A stretch of DNA of 64,000 nucleotides from assembly GCA_001776545.1 (NCBI GenBank), contig MFBZ01000029.1, positions 11,988-75,987 on the forward strand. Reading direction: 5' to 3'. The DNA comes from Candidatus Curtissbacteria bacterium RIFCSPLOWO2_12_FULL_41_16. Its GTDB lineage: Bacteria; Patescibacteriota; Microgenomatia; Curtissbacterales; GWA2-41-24. Positions 1 to 9,314 of the stretch are shown here, one piece after another. The notes under the pieces are model-generated. The model ran no database searches. It was given only the letters and a program-made list of their open reading frames with translations, and had not been told where the DNA came from. Position numbers and translations under genes: made by a program. Within the stretch, counting starts at the first letter, position 1, and the number at the start of each line of letters is the position of its first letter.

Positions 1-297
1 CCGATTCAAGTAATCGTCTTACCAATTTCTGATAAATTTATAGATTACGCAAAAGAGGTAAAAGATGCTTTGGGCAAAGCAAACATAAGAACTGACATAG
101 ACGAAAGAAACGAAACACTGCAGGCAAAAATAAGAGATGCAACTTTGCAAAAAATTCCATACCTTGTCATCGTCGGTGCAAAAGAACAAGAATCAGGCAA
201 AATCGCTATTCGTACTCGAGACGGCAAAGACCTGGGACAAATGCCGGTCAATCAGTTTACAAACAAGATCACCGAAGAGATTGAAAATAAAAGTTAG
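1..297 (+). CDS. thrS: Threonyl-tRNA synthetase, C-terminal anticodon-binding domain (5' partial)
   Basis: Frame 1 is open from base 1: PIQVIVLPISDKFIDYAKEVKDALGKANIRTDIDERNETLQAKIRDATLQKIPYLVIVGAKEQESGKIAIRTRDGKDLG. This matches the ThrS C-terminus, and thrS-infC-rpmI-rplT synteny follows. Confidence 0.8.
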   Translation, partial: PIQVIVLPISDKFIDYAKEVKDALGKANIRTDIDERNETLQAKIRDATLQKIPYLVIVGAKEQESGKIAIRTRDGKDLGQMPVNQFTNKITEEIENKS

Positions 298-329
298 TAC
301 GTGATAAGATCATGTTCTATAAATTGACC

Positions 330-398
330 TAAATAATTTAGAAATTAGTTAATTTGAGCATTATTTAGAAATTAGAAATTAGAAATTAGAAATTCAAT
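330..398. repeat. AT-rich tandem heptamer repeat (AGAAATT x4-5) in the thrS-infC spacer
   Basis: Direct reading: ttatttagaaattagaaattagaaattagaaattcaattt. Confidence 0.6.
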
Positions 399-401
399 TT
401 A

Positions 402-965
402 ATCAGGAGGTTTGCTGTCAAGAGACATTTTAGACTAAATCATCAAATCACGGCGCCCGAGCTAAGAGTTCTTGATGAGTTAGGTAAACAAATAGGCCTT
501 TTACCACTTTCAGAAGCTTTAAAAAAAGCACTGGACGCACAGTTAGATTTGATAGAAATAGCCCCAGACGCCAAACCTCCGGTCGCCAAGATAATTGATT
601 TCAAAAAATTCAGGTATCTCGAGGAGAAGAAAGAAAAAGAAGCCAGGCGTCACGCAAAACAAACAGAATTAAAAGAGGTTCGCTTTTCTCCATTTATCGG
701 AGAACACGACTTTCAAACAGCGCTTGATAAAGTAAAAAGATTCCTAAAAGAGGGAAATTTAGTCAAAATCTCAATTGTCTTTGCGGGAAGACAAATGGCT
801 CATCAAGAATTCGGACCAAAACTTTTAGCAAGAATAATCTTGGAGCTTGAAGACGAGGCCAGGCAAGAAAGACCGGAAAGATGGGAAGGCAGACGATTTG
901 TTACTATAGTCAAAACAGTTAAATTAACCCAAAACATTAAACAGGAAACTAGAAACGAAAAATAA
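402..965 (+). CDS. infC: Translation initiation factor IF-3; non-AUG start, exact start codon unresolved
   Basis: The ORF track gives only 549..965. The same frame is open back to the stop at 387-389 and encodes the conserved IF-3 N-terminus (RLNHQITAPELRVLDELGKQIGLLPLSEALKKALDAQLDLIEIAPDAKPPV). AGGAGG lies at 405-410. No ATG precedes the conserved region and the first in-frame ATN is ATC at 402, consistent with the atypical start codons known for infC. Confidence 0.75.
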   Translation: MRRFAVKRHFRLNHQITAPELRVLDELGKQIGLLPLSEALKKALDAQLDLIEIAPDAKPPVAKIIDFKKFRYLEEKKEKEARRHAKQTELKEVRFSPFIGEHDFQTALDKVKRFLKEGNLVKISIVFAGRQMAHQEFGPKLLARIILELEDEARQERPERWEGRRFVTIVKTVKLTQNIKQETRNEK

Positions 966-1013
966 AAATTGCTCAAAAGTTTCAAGTTTCTTGTTTCGAG
1001 TTTGAAGTTCTTT

Positions 1014-1208
1014 ATGAAAGTTAAAACGAAAAAGGCAGCTGCTAAACGCTTCAAAATAACCAAAAGTGGCAAAATTTTAAGAGGCCGCCAAATGGCTGGA
1101 CATCTTAAAACTGCCAAAACTAAAAGTGCCAAGTCAAGATACAAAAAGATTGCCTATGTCTCAAAGCCGGAAAAGAAAAGGATAGAAAGGTTGATGCCAT
1201 ATAATTAA
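1014..1208 (+). CDS. rpmI: Ribosomal protein L35
   Basis: MKVKTKKAAAKRFKITKSGKILRGRQMAGHLKTAKTKSAKSRYKK is a typical L35. The internal Met at 1014 was preferred over the ORF-track start at 969. Confidence 0.85.
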   Translation: MKVKTKKAAAKRFKITKSGKILRGRQMAGHLKTAKTKSAKSRYKKIAYVSKPEKKRIERLMPYN

Positions 1209-1350
1209 GAACTGTTGAATTGTTCAATTGTTAAATCGCTATGGTGAAGCACCTTCTTCACTTGCGCGAAGCGAAGAAAGAGAGGACCACCGACTCTGAC
1301 TCGGTGGGAATCTATTTAACAATTTAGCAATGTAGCAATTAATTTAAACC

Positions 1351-1692
1351 ATGCGAGTCAAAAGGGGAGTAACATCACATCGCAGACACATACGACTTTT
1401 AGCAAAAGCGCGCGGCTACCATGGAGGCAGGTCTAAGCTTGTCAAACAAGCAAAAGAAGCTACAATCCATGCAGGAGCAGATGCCTACCGCGGTCGTAAA
1501 GAAAAAAAACGCCAAATGCGCTCTCTGTGGATTACAAGGATCAACGCGGCCCTTGAACCACATAATATCTCCTACAGCCAATTTATTAACAAATTAAAAT
1601 CCAAAAACGTTCAACTCGACCGTAAAATCCTCTCCCAAATCGCCATCGAGAACCCGGAGGCCTTCGCGGATATTGTCAAAAAGGTTCTTTGA
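1351..1692 (+). CDS. rplT: Ribosomal protein L20
   Basis: MRVKRGVTSHRRHIRLLAKARGYHGGRSKLVKQAKEA matches L20, and infC-rpmI-rplT is a conserved operon. Confidence 0.9.
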   Translation: MRVKRGVTSHRRHIRLLAKARGYHGGRSKLVKQAKEATIHAGADAYRGRKEKKRQMRSLWITRINAALEPHNISYSQFINKLKSKNVQLDRKILSQIAIENPEAFADIVKKVL

Positions 1693-1738
1693 CTTTCCTC
1701 ATGTTGACAACCAAATTTTCAATTGATATAAGTTACTT

Positions 1739-1784
1739 GCCTCTCGTTCTTAAAGCTAATTTTTAAGTTCGAGAGGTTTTTTTG
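1739..1784 (+). terminator. Rho-independent terminator after rplT
   Basis: The stem gcctctcg...cgagagg is followed by ttttttt. Confidence 0.6.
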
Positions 1785-1813
1785 AATCCGAATTGATCCG
1801 AATCAACCTAAAC

Positions 1814-1866
1814 CCGCAGGTGTAAAGCTAATCCACCCTTGGGGTGAAATACGTTTACACCCGCGG
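1814..1866 (+). repeat. REP element copy 1 (RAYT-associated repetitive extragenic palindrome, forward orientation)
   Basis: ccgcaggtgtaaagctaatccacccttggggtgaaatacgtttacacccgcgg has arms ccgcaggtgtaaa/tttacacccgcgg and an inner palindrome cacccttggggtg. The same element recurs at 7711, 34631 and 35356. Confidence 0.65.
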
Positions 1867-1928
1867 ATCAGACCCTACTGCTTCGCTTGTAAATGACAGA
1901 AAACTAAAAGTAATTTATAATTCAAGTC

Positions 1929-2951
1929 ATGGATACACAAATCAAGAAAGTTCTTGAGTTAGCTCGTGCCAAAATTAATTCTGCCAAAGTTGTCAAGGAT
2001 TTAGACCAAGCCTATATTGAAATCTTTGGCAAAGATGGCCTAATGACTGTCCTTACTAAACAATTATCCAACCTTCCACAAAAGGACCGACCAAAAACTG
2101 GCACACTCATCAACCAGCTTAAAAAAGAAATTGAAGAAAGACTAAAGAAAAAGCGCTCATCGTTAACCGCTCGACGTTCATTACCTTCAATCGACATTAC
2201 CGCCCCAGGCAAAAAACAGGAGATCGGCCATCTTCATCTCGTCTCTCAGGCTATTGAGGAAACGGTAAAAATCTTTTCAAGACTTGGCTTTTCTCTTCAG
2301 AGTTATCCTGAGGTAGATTGGGATTGGTATGCATTCGGGTCTCTGAATATGCCAAAAAATCATCCGGCAAGGGATGACTGGGAAACATTTTTCGTCAAAT
2401 CAGAAATTAATCCAAAATATGGAAGCCAAGTATTAACCCCTCATACTTCAAACGGGCAAGTTAGGGAAATGGAAAGAGTCAAAATACCACCCGTAAGAAT
2501 GCTTAATATCTCTCGTTGCTATAGACGCCAAATTGATGTTTCGCACACGCCGATGTTCCATCAGTTTGAAGGTTTGTTGATCGACGAAGATGTCTCAATC
2601 TCTCATTTAAAAGGTACTTTTGATTATTTCACGACGAACTTCTTTGGCCCAAGTCGCACCACCAGACTTCGTCCTCACCATTTTCGTTTCACGGAGCCTT
2701 CATTTGAAGTCGACGTCACTTGCGGCGTTTGTCAAGGATTAGGTTGTCGACTCTGTAAAGCTGGTTGGTTGGAGCTTGGGGGAGCCGGCATGGTTCACCC
2801 TAAAGTACTCTCTGCTGGCGAAATTGACCCTACCAGATACAAAGGCTTTGCCTTTGGATGGGGGATAGAACGGACGATTGCCATGAAAACAAATATACCC
2901 GACATCAGATTTTTTTATCAAAACGACATCCGTTTTCTCGAACAATTTTAA
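1929..2951 (+). CDS. pheS: Phenylalanyl-tRNA synthetase alpha subunit
   Basis: Class II aaRS core motifs are present (FHQFEGLLIDEDVS, GAGMVHPKVL, GFAFGWGIERTIAM). pheT follows immediately downstream. Confidence 0.9.
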   Translation: MDTQIKKVLELARAKINSAKVVKDLDQAYIEIFGKDGLMTVLTKQLSNLPQKDRPKTGTLINQLKKEIEERLKKKRSSLTARRSLPSIDITAPGKKQEIGHLHLVSQAIEETVKIFSRLGFSLQSYPEVDWDWYAFGSLNMPKNHPARDDWETFFVKSEINPKYGSQVLTPHTSNGQVREMERVKIPPVRMLNISRCYRRQIDVSHTPMFHQFEGLLIDEDVSISHLKGTFDYFTTNFFGPSRTTRLRPHHFRFTEPSFEVDVTCGVCQGLGCRLCKAGWLELGGAGMVHPKVLSAGEIDPTRYKGFAFGWGIERTIAMKTNIPDIRFFYQNDIRFLEQF

Positions 2952-3036
2952 ATTTAAAATTTGAAATTTTTAATGAAGTCTAAAATTTGAAAATTAAAAT
3001 TTTAAAAATTGATTGAAAATTGAAAATTGAAAATTT
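2952..3036. repeat. AT-rich GAAAATT heptamer tandem repeat in the pheS-pheT spacer
   Basis: Direct reading: aaatttgaaatttttaatgaagtctaaaatttgaaaattaaaattttaaaaattgattgaaaattgaaaattgaaaattt. Confidence 0.55.
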
Positions 3037-5073
3037 ATGAATATACGTGTACCCGTTTCATGGCTTCGAGAATATTTAAAAACTGACCTTGCCGCCAAAA
3101 CCATCGCCAATTATCTTTCGGCCTCGGGCCCTTCGGTCGAACGGATCCAAAAAAGCGCCACTGACTATATTTTTGACATCGAAGTCACCGGCAACAGACC
3201 GGATGCTTTGTCTGTCTTTGGGATAGCCAGAGAAGCAAACGCCATTCTCACAAATGAGAACCAAAACTCCCAGCTTGTGGCACCTTCCGGTCTAAAGTTA
3301 GAACTTGAGCCAGACATTTCAAATCCCTTAAATCTCGAGGTAATTATCAAAAATCACAGCCTTTGTCCGCGATTCGCCGCAATTTGTCTTGATAACGTTA
3401 AAATTGCGCCATCTCCGGCCTTTATTAGAAACCGACTCAGCGCCTCTGGAATTCGCGCCATCAATAATATCGTCGATATCACAAATTACGTAATGCTTGA
3501 ACTGGGCCAGCCAATGCATACTTTTGATTATGACAAGATCAAAAAAGCCCGAATGGTTCTGCGGGAATCCAAAGATGGCGAAAAAATAAGGACCCTGGAC
3601 GGCAAAACTCGAAAATTACCCAAAGACACTATAGTCATCGAAGATGAAAACCGCTTGATCGACCTATGCGGTATTATGGGAGGTCAAAACTCGGAAATTT
3701 CCCGACGCACCAAAAGGGTTGTCCTTTTTGTCCAAGCTTACGATTCAACAAGAGTCAAAAAGACCGCTCAATTACTGGCATTTAGAACAGAGGCGGCGGC
3801 CCGTTTTGAGAAAGGCGTGGACCTTGAAGGCATTATTCCCGCTCTCTCTCGAGCCGTTTACCTTGCCCAAAAAACTGCCAGTGCCAAAATAGCTTCGGAA
3901 TTGACAGACATCGTCCACGCGGAAACAAAAAGGGAAATCATCACTCTAAACATGACAAAACTCAACGATTATTGTGGCACCGAAATACCAAAAGACCAGG
4001 CTGCAAAAATTCTGGGGCTTTTGGGCTTTGGCACAAAAATAACACCTCAAACAATTGCTGCCACTCCTCCCGGCTGGAGAGCAAACGACGTGCAAAATGA
4101 TGTTGATCTGATTGAAGAAATCGCCAGAATTTACGGCTATTGGCGCCTACCTGCCAAGCTGCCTTCTGGACAAATTCCACAAGGAGCAGAAAGTGAACTT
4201 GCTAAAGTTATTGAACTTAAAAAGGCAATTAAATACTTGGGCCTCACTGAAATTATTTCCTATTCAATCATTTCAGAAGATTTTCTAAAACTCACGGGAG
4301 TAAAAATGGAAGACACGGTAGAACTGGCCAATCCCTTAACGTCTGACTGGCAGTTTATGCGCCCCACCATTTTAGTTTCACTAACTGATATCATCGCAAA
4401 AAATCAAAATCTCGCGTCGGAAATTAAAATCTTCGAAGTCGCCAAAACTTACCTTTCTCAAGAAAATGATTTACCAAAACAAGATCTAATGCTAGGAATT
4501 ACCCTGCAAAATGCAGATTTTTACGGGATCAAAGGACTTGTGGAAAACATTTTTGGGGTTTTGCAAAGGGATGTAAAGTTTGAAAAATTAAGTAATTATT
4601 CTTCTGAACTTTTCGATAAATCTCAGTCAGCCCGGGTCAAAACTGCAAATACCGAAGTGGGTACAGTCGGAATCCTCAACTCAAAAATCACCGATTATTT
4701 TCAAATTGAGGGACAAATTGCTGCCTGTGAACTTAATCTTTCTATAATCTACGGTCTGTCAGCTATCCAACGATCCTACCAGCCTATTCCCAAATACCCG
4801 CCGCGCGTTGAAGACATTTCGGCAATTTTTAGTAAAAAGGTTCCCGTCACAGATATCATCTCCGAAGTCAAAAGGTCAAATGAACTCGTCAAAAAAATAG
4901 AAGTTGTGGATATTTTTCTGGGCCAAAATTTAGGGGAAGGTAAAAAATCAGTAACTTTGCGCCTAACCTATCAAAATCAGGCAGGCACCCCGACCGCTAC
5001 CGAAGTAAAACAGGCAAAAGACAAAATCATCGATGTACTCAGTAAATCTTTTGCCGCAATCGTCAGAAGATAA
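3037..5073 (+). CDS. pheT: Phenylalanyl-tRNA synthetase beta subunit (short form, 678 aa)
   Basis: The N-terminus MNIRVPVSWLREYL is PheT-like, B3/4 and B5 regions are present, and it sits downstream of pheS. It is shorter than typical bacterial PheT (about 800 aa). Confidence 0.85.
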   Translation: MNIRVPVSWLREYLKTDLAAKTIANYLSASGPSVERIQKSATDYIFDIEVTGNRPDALSVFGIAREANAILTNENQNSQLVAPSGLKLELEPDISNPLNLEVIIKNHSLCPRFAAICLDNVKIAPSPAFIRNRLSASGIRAINNIVDITNYVMLELGQPMHTFDYDKIKKARMVLRESKDGEKIRTLDGKTRKLPKDTIVIEDENRLIDLCGIMGGQNSEISRRTKRVVLFVQAYDSTRVKKTAQLLAFRTEAAARFEKGVDLEGIIPALSRAVYLAQKTASAKIASELTDIVHAETKREIITLNMTKLNDYCGTEIPKDQAAKILGLLGFGTKITPQTIAATPPGWRANDVQNDVDLIEEIARIYGYWRLPAKLPSGQIPQGAESELAKVIELKKAIKYLGLTEIISYSIISEDFLKLTGVKMEDTVELANPLTSDWQFMRPTILVSLTDIIAKNQNLASEIKIFEVAKTYLSQENDLPKQDLMLGITLQNADFYGIKGLVENIFGVLQRDVKFEKLSNYSSELFDKSQSARVKTANTEVGTVGILNSKITDYFQIEGQIAACELNLSIIYGLSAIQRSYQPIPKYPPRVEDISAIFSKKVPVTDIISEVKRSNELVKKIEVVDIFLGQNLGEGKKSVTLRLTYQNQAGTPTATEVKQAKDKIIDVLSKSFAAIVRR

Positions 5074-5076
5074 AGG

Positions 5077-7683
5077 CTAATCCTCCCACGGCTGGCCGAC
5101 AGAAACTGTAATTTCGGCAGTATTGTCTTTGCCTGCTTCATTTACGGCTTTCACTTTTATTTTGTGCTTCCCCTTGTTGGCCGAAGCAAAAGTGAAGTTA
5201 AATTTATATGGTCCGTCAACTTTTGTGTCTTTAATCACATCATCGATGTAAAACTCCACCTTGGTTGCCCTTCGCCCGGTTTCCACCTCCGCTTCGGTTT
5301 CGAAACTAAAATCAACCTGCTTGTGGTCTTCGGGACTTTTAATTTTTACTCGAATATCATCAGGGTTAGCCGCCGGTTTATTAACCAACTCTTTAGGCGC
5401 CTGATATTTTGAATCACCCTGGCCAGCTGCCCAAGCGTCAATTCCTTCTTGCCAGCGATTCTTGCCATCTGTTGAAACCGGGTCAAACTCCGCAAAAACA
5501 TAATATTCTTTTCCGTCCAAAATCTTCTCGGCCAGGCAATCTCGCGTCGGCTCAGTCCCTTTTATGAAATATTCACTTCTTTTTGGAAAATCCCGGCAGG
5601 GAAGACCTCCGCCAAACGCATCGACCTCCAGGGCTATCACGTTGTCCGGTTTAACAAAATCACCAGAGGACTTGCCCTCAAGAACCTTTGTCATAATCCT
5701 GTTCCAAATCGGTGTTGCTCCGGTAATGCCGGAAGCGATCTTAGGATCCATTGGCGAATTATCGTTATTACCAACCCAAACTCCAACCACATAAGAGGAA
5801 TTGTAACCAACAGCCCAGTTATCACGTTTGTCATCAGTCGTACCTGTTTTAACAGCTACTGTTTTGCCGGGAATAACCAAAAGAGAAGAAGGGCCAAAGA
5901 CGGCACTTCTGGCATTATTATCAGAAAGAATATGCGAAATTAGAAAAGTAATATCCTCGCCCAAAACCTTTTTCCCTTTTGTCTCTTTTGCCTCCTCCAA
6001 AACCTTACCATTTTTGTCCTCCACTTTAAGAACCGCTACTGGCTCATGATAAACCCCGGATGTTGCCAGTGTCCCATAGCTGCTTGCCAAATCAAGAAGT
6101 TTCACCTCGCCGCCACCTAAGGTAATTGACAATCCAAAACGTTTTAAGTTCTCATCAGTTGGTTCGAGTGATTTCACGCCGGCTTCATAAGCAGTCCTCA
6201 ATATATTTTTAATACCCACAAGGGCAGTCATTTTAACTGCAGGAATATTGACAGAGTTGCCAAGCACAAACCTAATCTGCATAGGGCCACGAAACTTTCC
6301 GTCGTAATTGACCGGCTTATAAACTGGTTGACCGCCTCCGATTGGAAATTCCGTTGCGGCATCGAAAATCACAGAAGCCGGCGTGTAACCTGCTTTAAAC
6401 GCCGTTGCGTAGGTAAATGGCTTAAGGGCTGACCCGGGCTGTCGAAGTGAAAGAGAGACATTAACTTGGCCATCATAATCCCTGGCGAAATAATCCTTTG
6501 AGCCGACCATCGCCAGAATTTGTCCGTTCTTAGCATCCGTCACCACAGCCGCTCCGTTTCCGACAGCAAAACTCGCAATTTTGCCTACTTCCTCCGTCAC
6601 AATCGCCTGCGCTTTATTTTGCAGCTCAAGATCCAAGGTCGTTGTCACTTTAAGCCCGCCTGTTTCCACCATTTTCTCTCCAAATCTCTCAACTAAAAGA
6701 TCACGAACATAAAAAACAAAATGCGGAGCGGCAATCCCTTTATCGTTTGATGAAAATTTAACGCCCTGGATTTCCTTCTTCAATTTTTCCTCCTGCTCGC
6801 CGGTAATGTATTTATCTTCACGCATACGTCTTGCCACATCCTCTGCTCTGGCAATATAAGCCTTTGGATTTGTCCCGTAAGGTGAATAAAAAGAGGGTCT
6901 CTGCGGTAAGCCCGTCAAAATGGCAGCTTCTGCCAAAGTTAAATCTTTTGCCTCCTTACTAAAATAGGCCTGCGCCGCCGCCTCAATTCCCCAGGCAGTA
7001 CCACCGTAAGGCACCTCATTTAAGTAAATCTGCAAAATCTCGTCTTTGGTGTATTTTCTCTCTACCTGAATTGACAGAAGAAATTCTTTTATTTTTCTGG
7101 TTAGTGTTCGCTCCGGGGTAAGTAAAGTATTTTTGACCACCTGCTGCGTAATCGTCGAACCCCCTTCCAGTTTTTGAAATACTACAATGTTCAAAAGAGA
7201 TCTGCCTATCCCTACAGCTGAAAATCCCTGATGTTTGTAAAAATTTTTGTCCTCAATGGCAATAGTCGCTTGTTTCACATAATCAGGCAGTTGACTCCAA
7301 TTAACCAAAGCCCTGTTTTTATCACCGTAAATATCATAGAGCAGCTTGCCGTTCCTGTCGTAAATTTTTGTCGAGAGTGAAGAGTCGCGAGCAGTTAGTT
7401 TATAAGGCGAAGGCAAGTCACGGGCAAACACCAAAAAAGAAAAAAGGGTAAAAAGTATCAGAAGAACCAAAGAAAAGAAAACAACAGTCGAAAAAAGACC
7501 AAAAAAGCGAATCCAAAAACGCCTCCTGTTAAAAGAAGACTTCGCCAAAAATGGGTGATTTATCTGCTGGCGAGCCGAAAGTCTTGTCAGGCGTGAAGTA
7601 AATCTTCTTGCTCCGAGCCGATTAACCGGAAACCTCATTGAAAACCTACCGCATATTATCTCAAACTGTTTTAACAATGACAA
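5077..7683 (-). CDS. Class A penicillin-binding protein (transglycosylase plus transpeptidase) with a C-terminal Ig-like domain
   Basis: The glycosyltransferase-51 region (TITQQVVKNTLL, RKIKEFLLSIQVERKYTKDEILQIYLNEVPYG) and transpeptidase motifs (SALKP SxxK, SVN, KTGTT) are present. The tail is beta-rich (KVEFYIDDV...KIKVKAVNEAG). Confidence 0.85.
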   Translation of the reverse strand: MSLLKQFEIICGRFSMRFPVNRLGARRFTSRLTRLSARQQINHPFLAKSSFNRRRFWIRFFGLFSTVVFFSLVLLILFTLFSFLVFARDLPSPYKLTARDSSLSTKIYDRNGKLLYDIYGDKNRALVNWSQLPDYVKQATIAIEDKNFYKHQGFSAVGIGRSLLNIVVFQKLEGGSTITQQVVKNTLLTPERTLTRKIKEFLLSIQVERKYTKDEILQIYLNEVPYGGTAWGIEAAAQAYFSKEAKDLTLAEAAILTGLPQRPSFYSPYGTNPKAYIARAEDVARRMREDKYITGEQEEKLKKEIQGVKFSSNDKGIAAPHFVFYVRDLLVERFGEKMVETGGLKVTTTLDLELQNKAQAIVTEEVGKIASFAVGNGAAVVTDAKNGQILAMVGSKDYFARDYDGQVNVSLSLRQPGSALKPFTYATAFKAGYTPASVIFDAATEFPIGGGQPVYKPVNYDGKFRGPMQIRFVLGNSVNIPAVKMTALVGIKNILRTAYEAGVKSLEPTDENLKRFGLSITLGGGEVKLLDLASSYGTLATSGVYHEPVAVLKVEDKNGKVLEEAKETKGKKVLGEDITFLISHILSDNNARSAVFGPSSLLVIPGKTVAVKTGTTDDKRDNWAVGYNSSYVVGVWVGNNDNSPMDPKIASGITGATPIWNRIMTKVLEGKSSGDFVKPDNVIALEVDAFGGGLPCRDFPKRSEYFIKGTEPTRDCLAEKILDGKEYYVFAEFDPVSTDGKNRWQEGIDAWAAGQGDSKYQAPKELVNKPAANPDDIRVKIKSPEDHKQVDFSFETEAEVETGRRATKVEFYIDDVIKDTKVDGPYKFNFTFASANKGKHKIKVKAVNEAGKDNTAEITVSVGQPWED

Positions 7684-7710
7684 ACCACCAAAACTTGATA
7701 GAAAATAACA

Positions 7711-7763
7711 CCGCGGGTGTCAACGTAATTCACCCCAAGGGTGGATTAGCTTTACACCTGCGG
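7711..7763 (-). repeat. REP element copy 2 (inverted relative to copy 1)
   Basis: ccgcgggtgtcaacgtaattcaccccaagggtggattagctttacacctgcgg is the near-exact reverse complement of the 1814-1866 element. Confidence 0.65.
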
Positions 7764-7803
7764 ATTTGTTGCTAGAAGACTTAAAAAGGGCTAAGATTCA
7801 AGT

Positions 7804-9003
7804 ATGGATAAAATTGATGAACTTTTGAAAAGGGGAGTGGACAAGATTTATCCGTCTAAAGAAGCACTGGAGAAGGTTTTACGTTCTGGGAAGAAAATCA
7901 AAATTTACATCGGCGCCGACCCAACGGCACCGCAACTTCATCTTGGTCACGCAACAAACTTTCTAATCTTAAAAAAACTGCAAGATCTAGGGCACAAAAT
8001 TATTATCCTTATTGGAGACTTCACCGGCATGATTGGTGATCCTACAGATAAGTTAGCAGCAAGAAGACCCCTAGCCAAGGAGCAAGTTTTAGAAAACGCC
8101 AAAACTTACAAAGATCAACTTTCAAAAATATTGCGGTTTAGCAAAGAGAATCCGGCAGAGATAAAGTTTAACAGTACCTGGCTCTCAACCCTCACACTGG
8201 AAGATTTTATTCGCCTAATGGCTAAAGTAACTTTCCAGCAACTTATTGAACGGGATATGTTCCAAAAGCGCTTAACCGAAGGTAAAACGATTGGTCTTCA
8301 TGAACTGATCTATCCATTACTCCAAGGCTATGACTCAGTCGCAATGGATGTCGACGCGGAGATTGGCGGTACCGACCAAACTTTCAATATGCTCATGGGA
8401 AGAACTCTAATGAAAGAGTTAAAAGGCAAAGAGAAGTTCGTCATCACCACCGAGCTTCTTGTCAATCCCAAAAATGGCCAGAAACTAATGAGCAAAAGTG
8501 AGGAAAATTACGTTGGCCTAAATGACAACGCAGCTGAAATGTTTGCCAAAATTATGGCCCTACCCGACGAAACCATTGAACCAATCTTCAGATTATGCAC
8601 CACAGTCCCCATTCGGAAAGCCGAAGAAATCAAGTCCCGTCTAGAGTCCGGGGAGAATCCGATGGTTTTGAAAAAAGAACTCGCGTTTCAAATTGTTTCT
8701 GAATTACACAGTCCTGAAGCTGCCCAAAAAGCCCAAAACGAATTTGAAAGAGTATTCCAAAAAAGGGAAATACCAGAAGAAACAGCATCGATCAAAATCG
8801 CCAAGACGAGAATCAATGTTGTAGATTTCTTAGTAGAAAATAATCTCTCATCGAGTCGTTCGCAAGCCAAAAGATTGCTCGACCAGGGCGCGATCGAAAT
8901 TGACGGGGAAATCCTCAAAGAAAACGGGGTTGAATTTAAAGAAGGACAAGTGGTAAAAATAGGTAAGAAGAGATTTGTTAAAGTGATGCTTGCGTCATCT
9001 TGA
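7804..9003 (+). CDS. tyrS: Tyrosyl-tRNA synthetase
   Basis: HIGH motif (PQLHLGHATN), KMSKS (KLMSKSEEN) and a C-terminal S4 domain are present. The gene ends with a TGA stop, so the standard code is in use. Confidence 0.9.
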   Translation: MDKIDELLKRGVDKIYPSKEALEKVLRSGKKIKIYIGADPTAPQLHLGHATNFLILKKLQDLGHKIIILIGDFTGMIGDPTDKLAARRPLAKEQVLENAKTYKDQLSKILRFSKENPAEIKFNSTWLSTLTLEDFIRLMAKVTFQQLIERDMFQKRLTEGKTIGLHELIYPLLQGYDSVAMDVDAEIGGTDQTFNMLMGRTLMKELKGKEKFVITTELLVNPKNGQKLMSKSEENYVGLNDNAAEMFAKIMALPDETIEPIFRLCTTVPIRKAEEIKSRLESGENPMVLKKELAFQIVSELHSPEAAQKAQNEFERVFQKREIPEETASIKIAKTRINVVDFLVENNLSSSRSQAKRLLDQGAIEIDGEILKENGVEFKEGQVVKIGKKRFVKVMLASS

Positions 9004-9046
9004 GCGGAGCGAAGGATCTCAAACGACAATAGGAAATTCCTCAACA

Positions 9047-9163
9047 ATGAAATTATTCAAACGTTCCTACCTCAAAAAAATCTGGATCGCAATTATTGTT
9101 CTTGCAGGACTCGGTTTTATCGTTGGCCAGTTCACTCTTTACCTCTTCTACGGACTCCGCTAA
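9047..9163 (+). CDS. Possible 38-aa single-pass membrane peptide (MKLFKRSYLKKIWIAIIVLAGLGFIVGQFTLYLFYGLR)
   Basis: This is an ATG-initiated ORF below the ORF-track length cutoff, with a hydrophobic helix and a weak AGGAA 11 nt upstream. There is no homology support. Confidence 0.2.
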   Translation: MKLFKRSYLKKIWIAIIVLAGLGFIVGQFTLYLFYGLR

Positions 9164-9314
9164 AAACCTTTCGGCCTCCCTTCGACAAAACTCATGGCAG
9201 GCACTCAGGGCGGGCAATTGACATTTGAGATCTAACAATTGAAAATTAGCTTGACTTTTCACCTTGACCCGCTTCGCTCGCGAAGCGAGGCGAGCTTTCG
9301 ACTTTGACTAATAC

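Noticed and set aside
7804-9003. Alternative genetic code (UGA recoding as in some CPR lineages)
   Set aside because: tyrS and other conserved genes terminate at TGA exactly where homologs end, and no conserved protein requires read-through, so the standard code applies.
8688-9047. 119-aa minus-strand ORF inside tyrS
   Set aside because: It is entirely antisense to the well-supported tyrS coding sequence.
9053-9262. 69-aa minus-strand ORF between tyrS and recG
   Set aside because: It has no start context, is Cys/Glu-rich without pattern, and overlaps the more plausible plus-strand 38-aa membrane peptide and the recG promoter hairpin.
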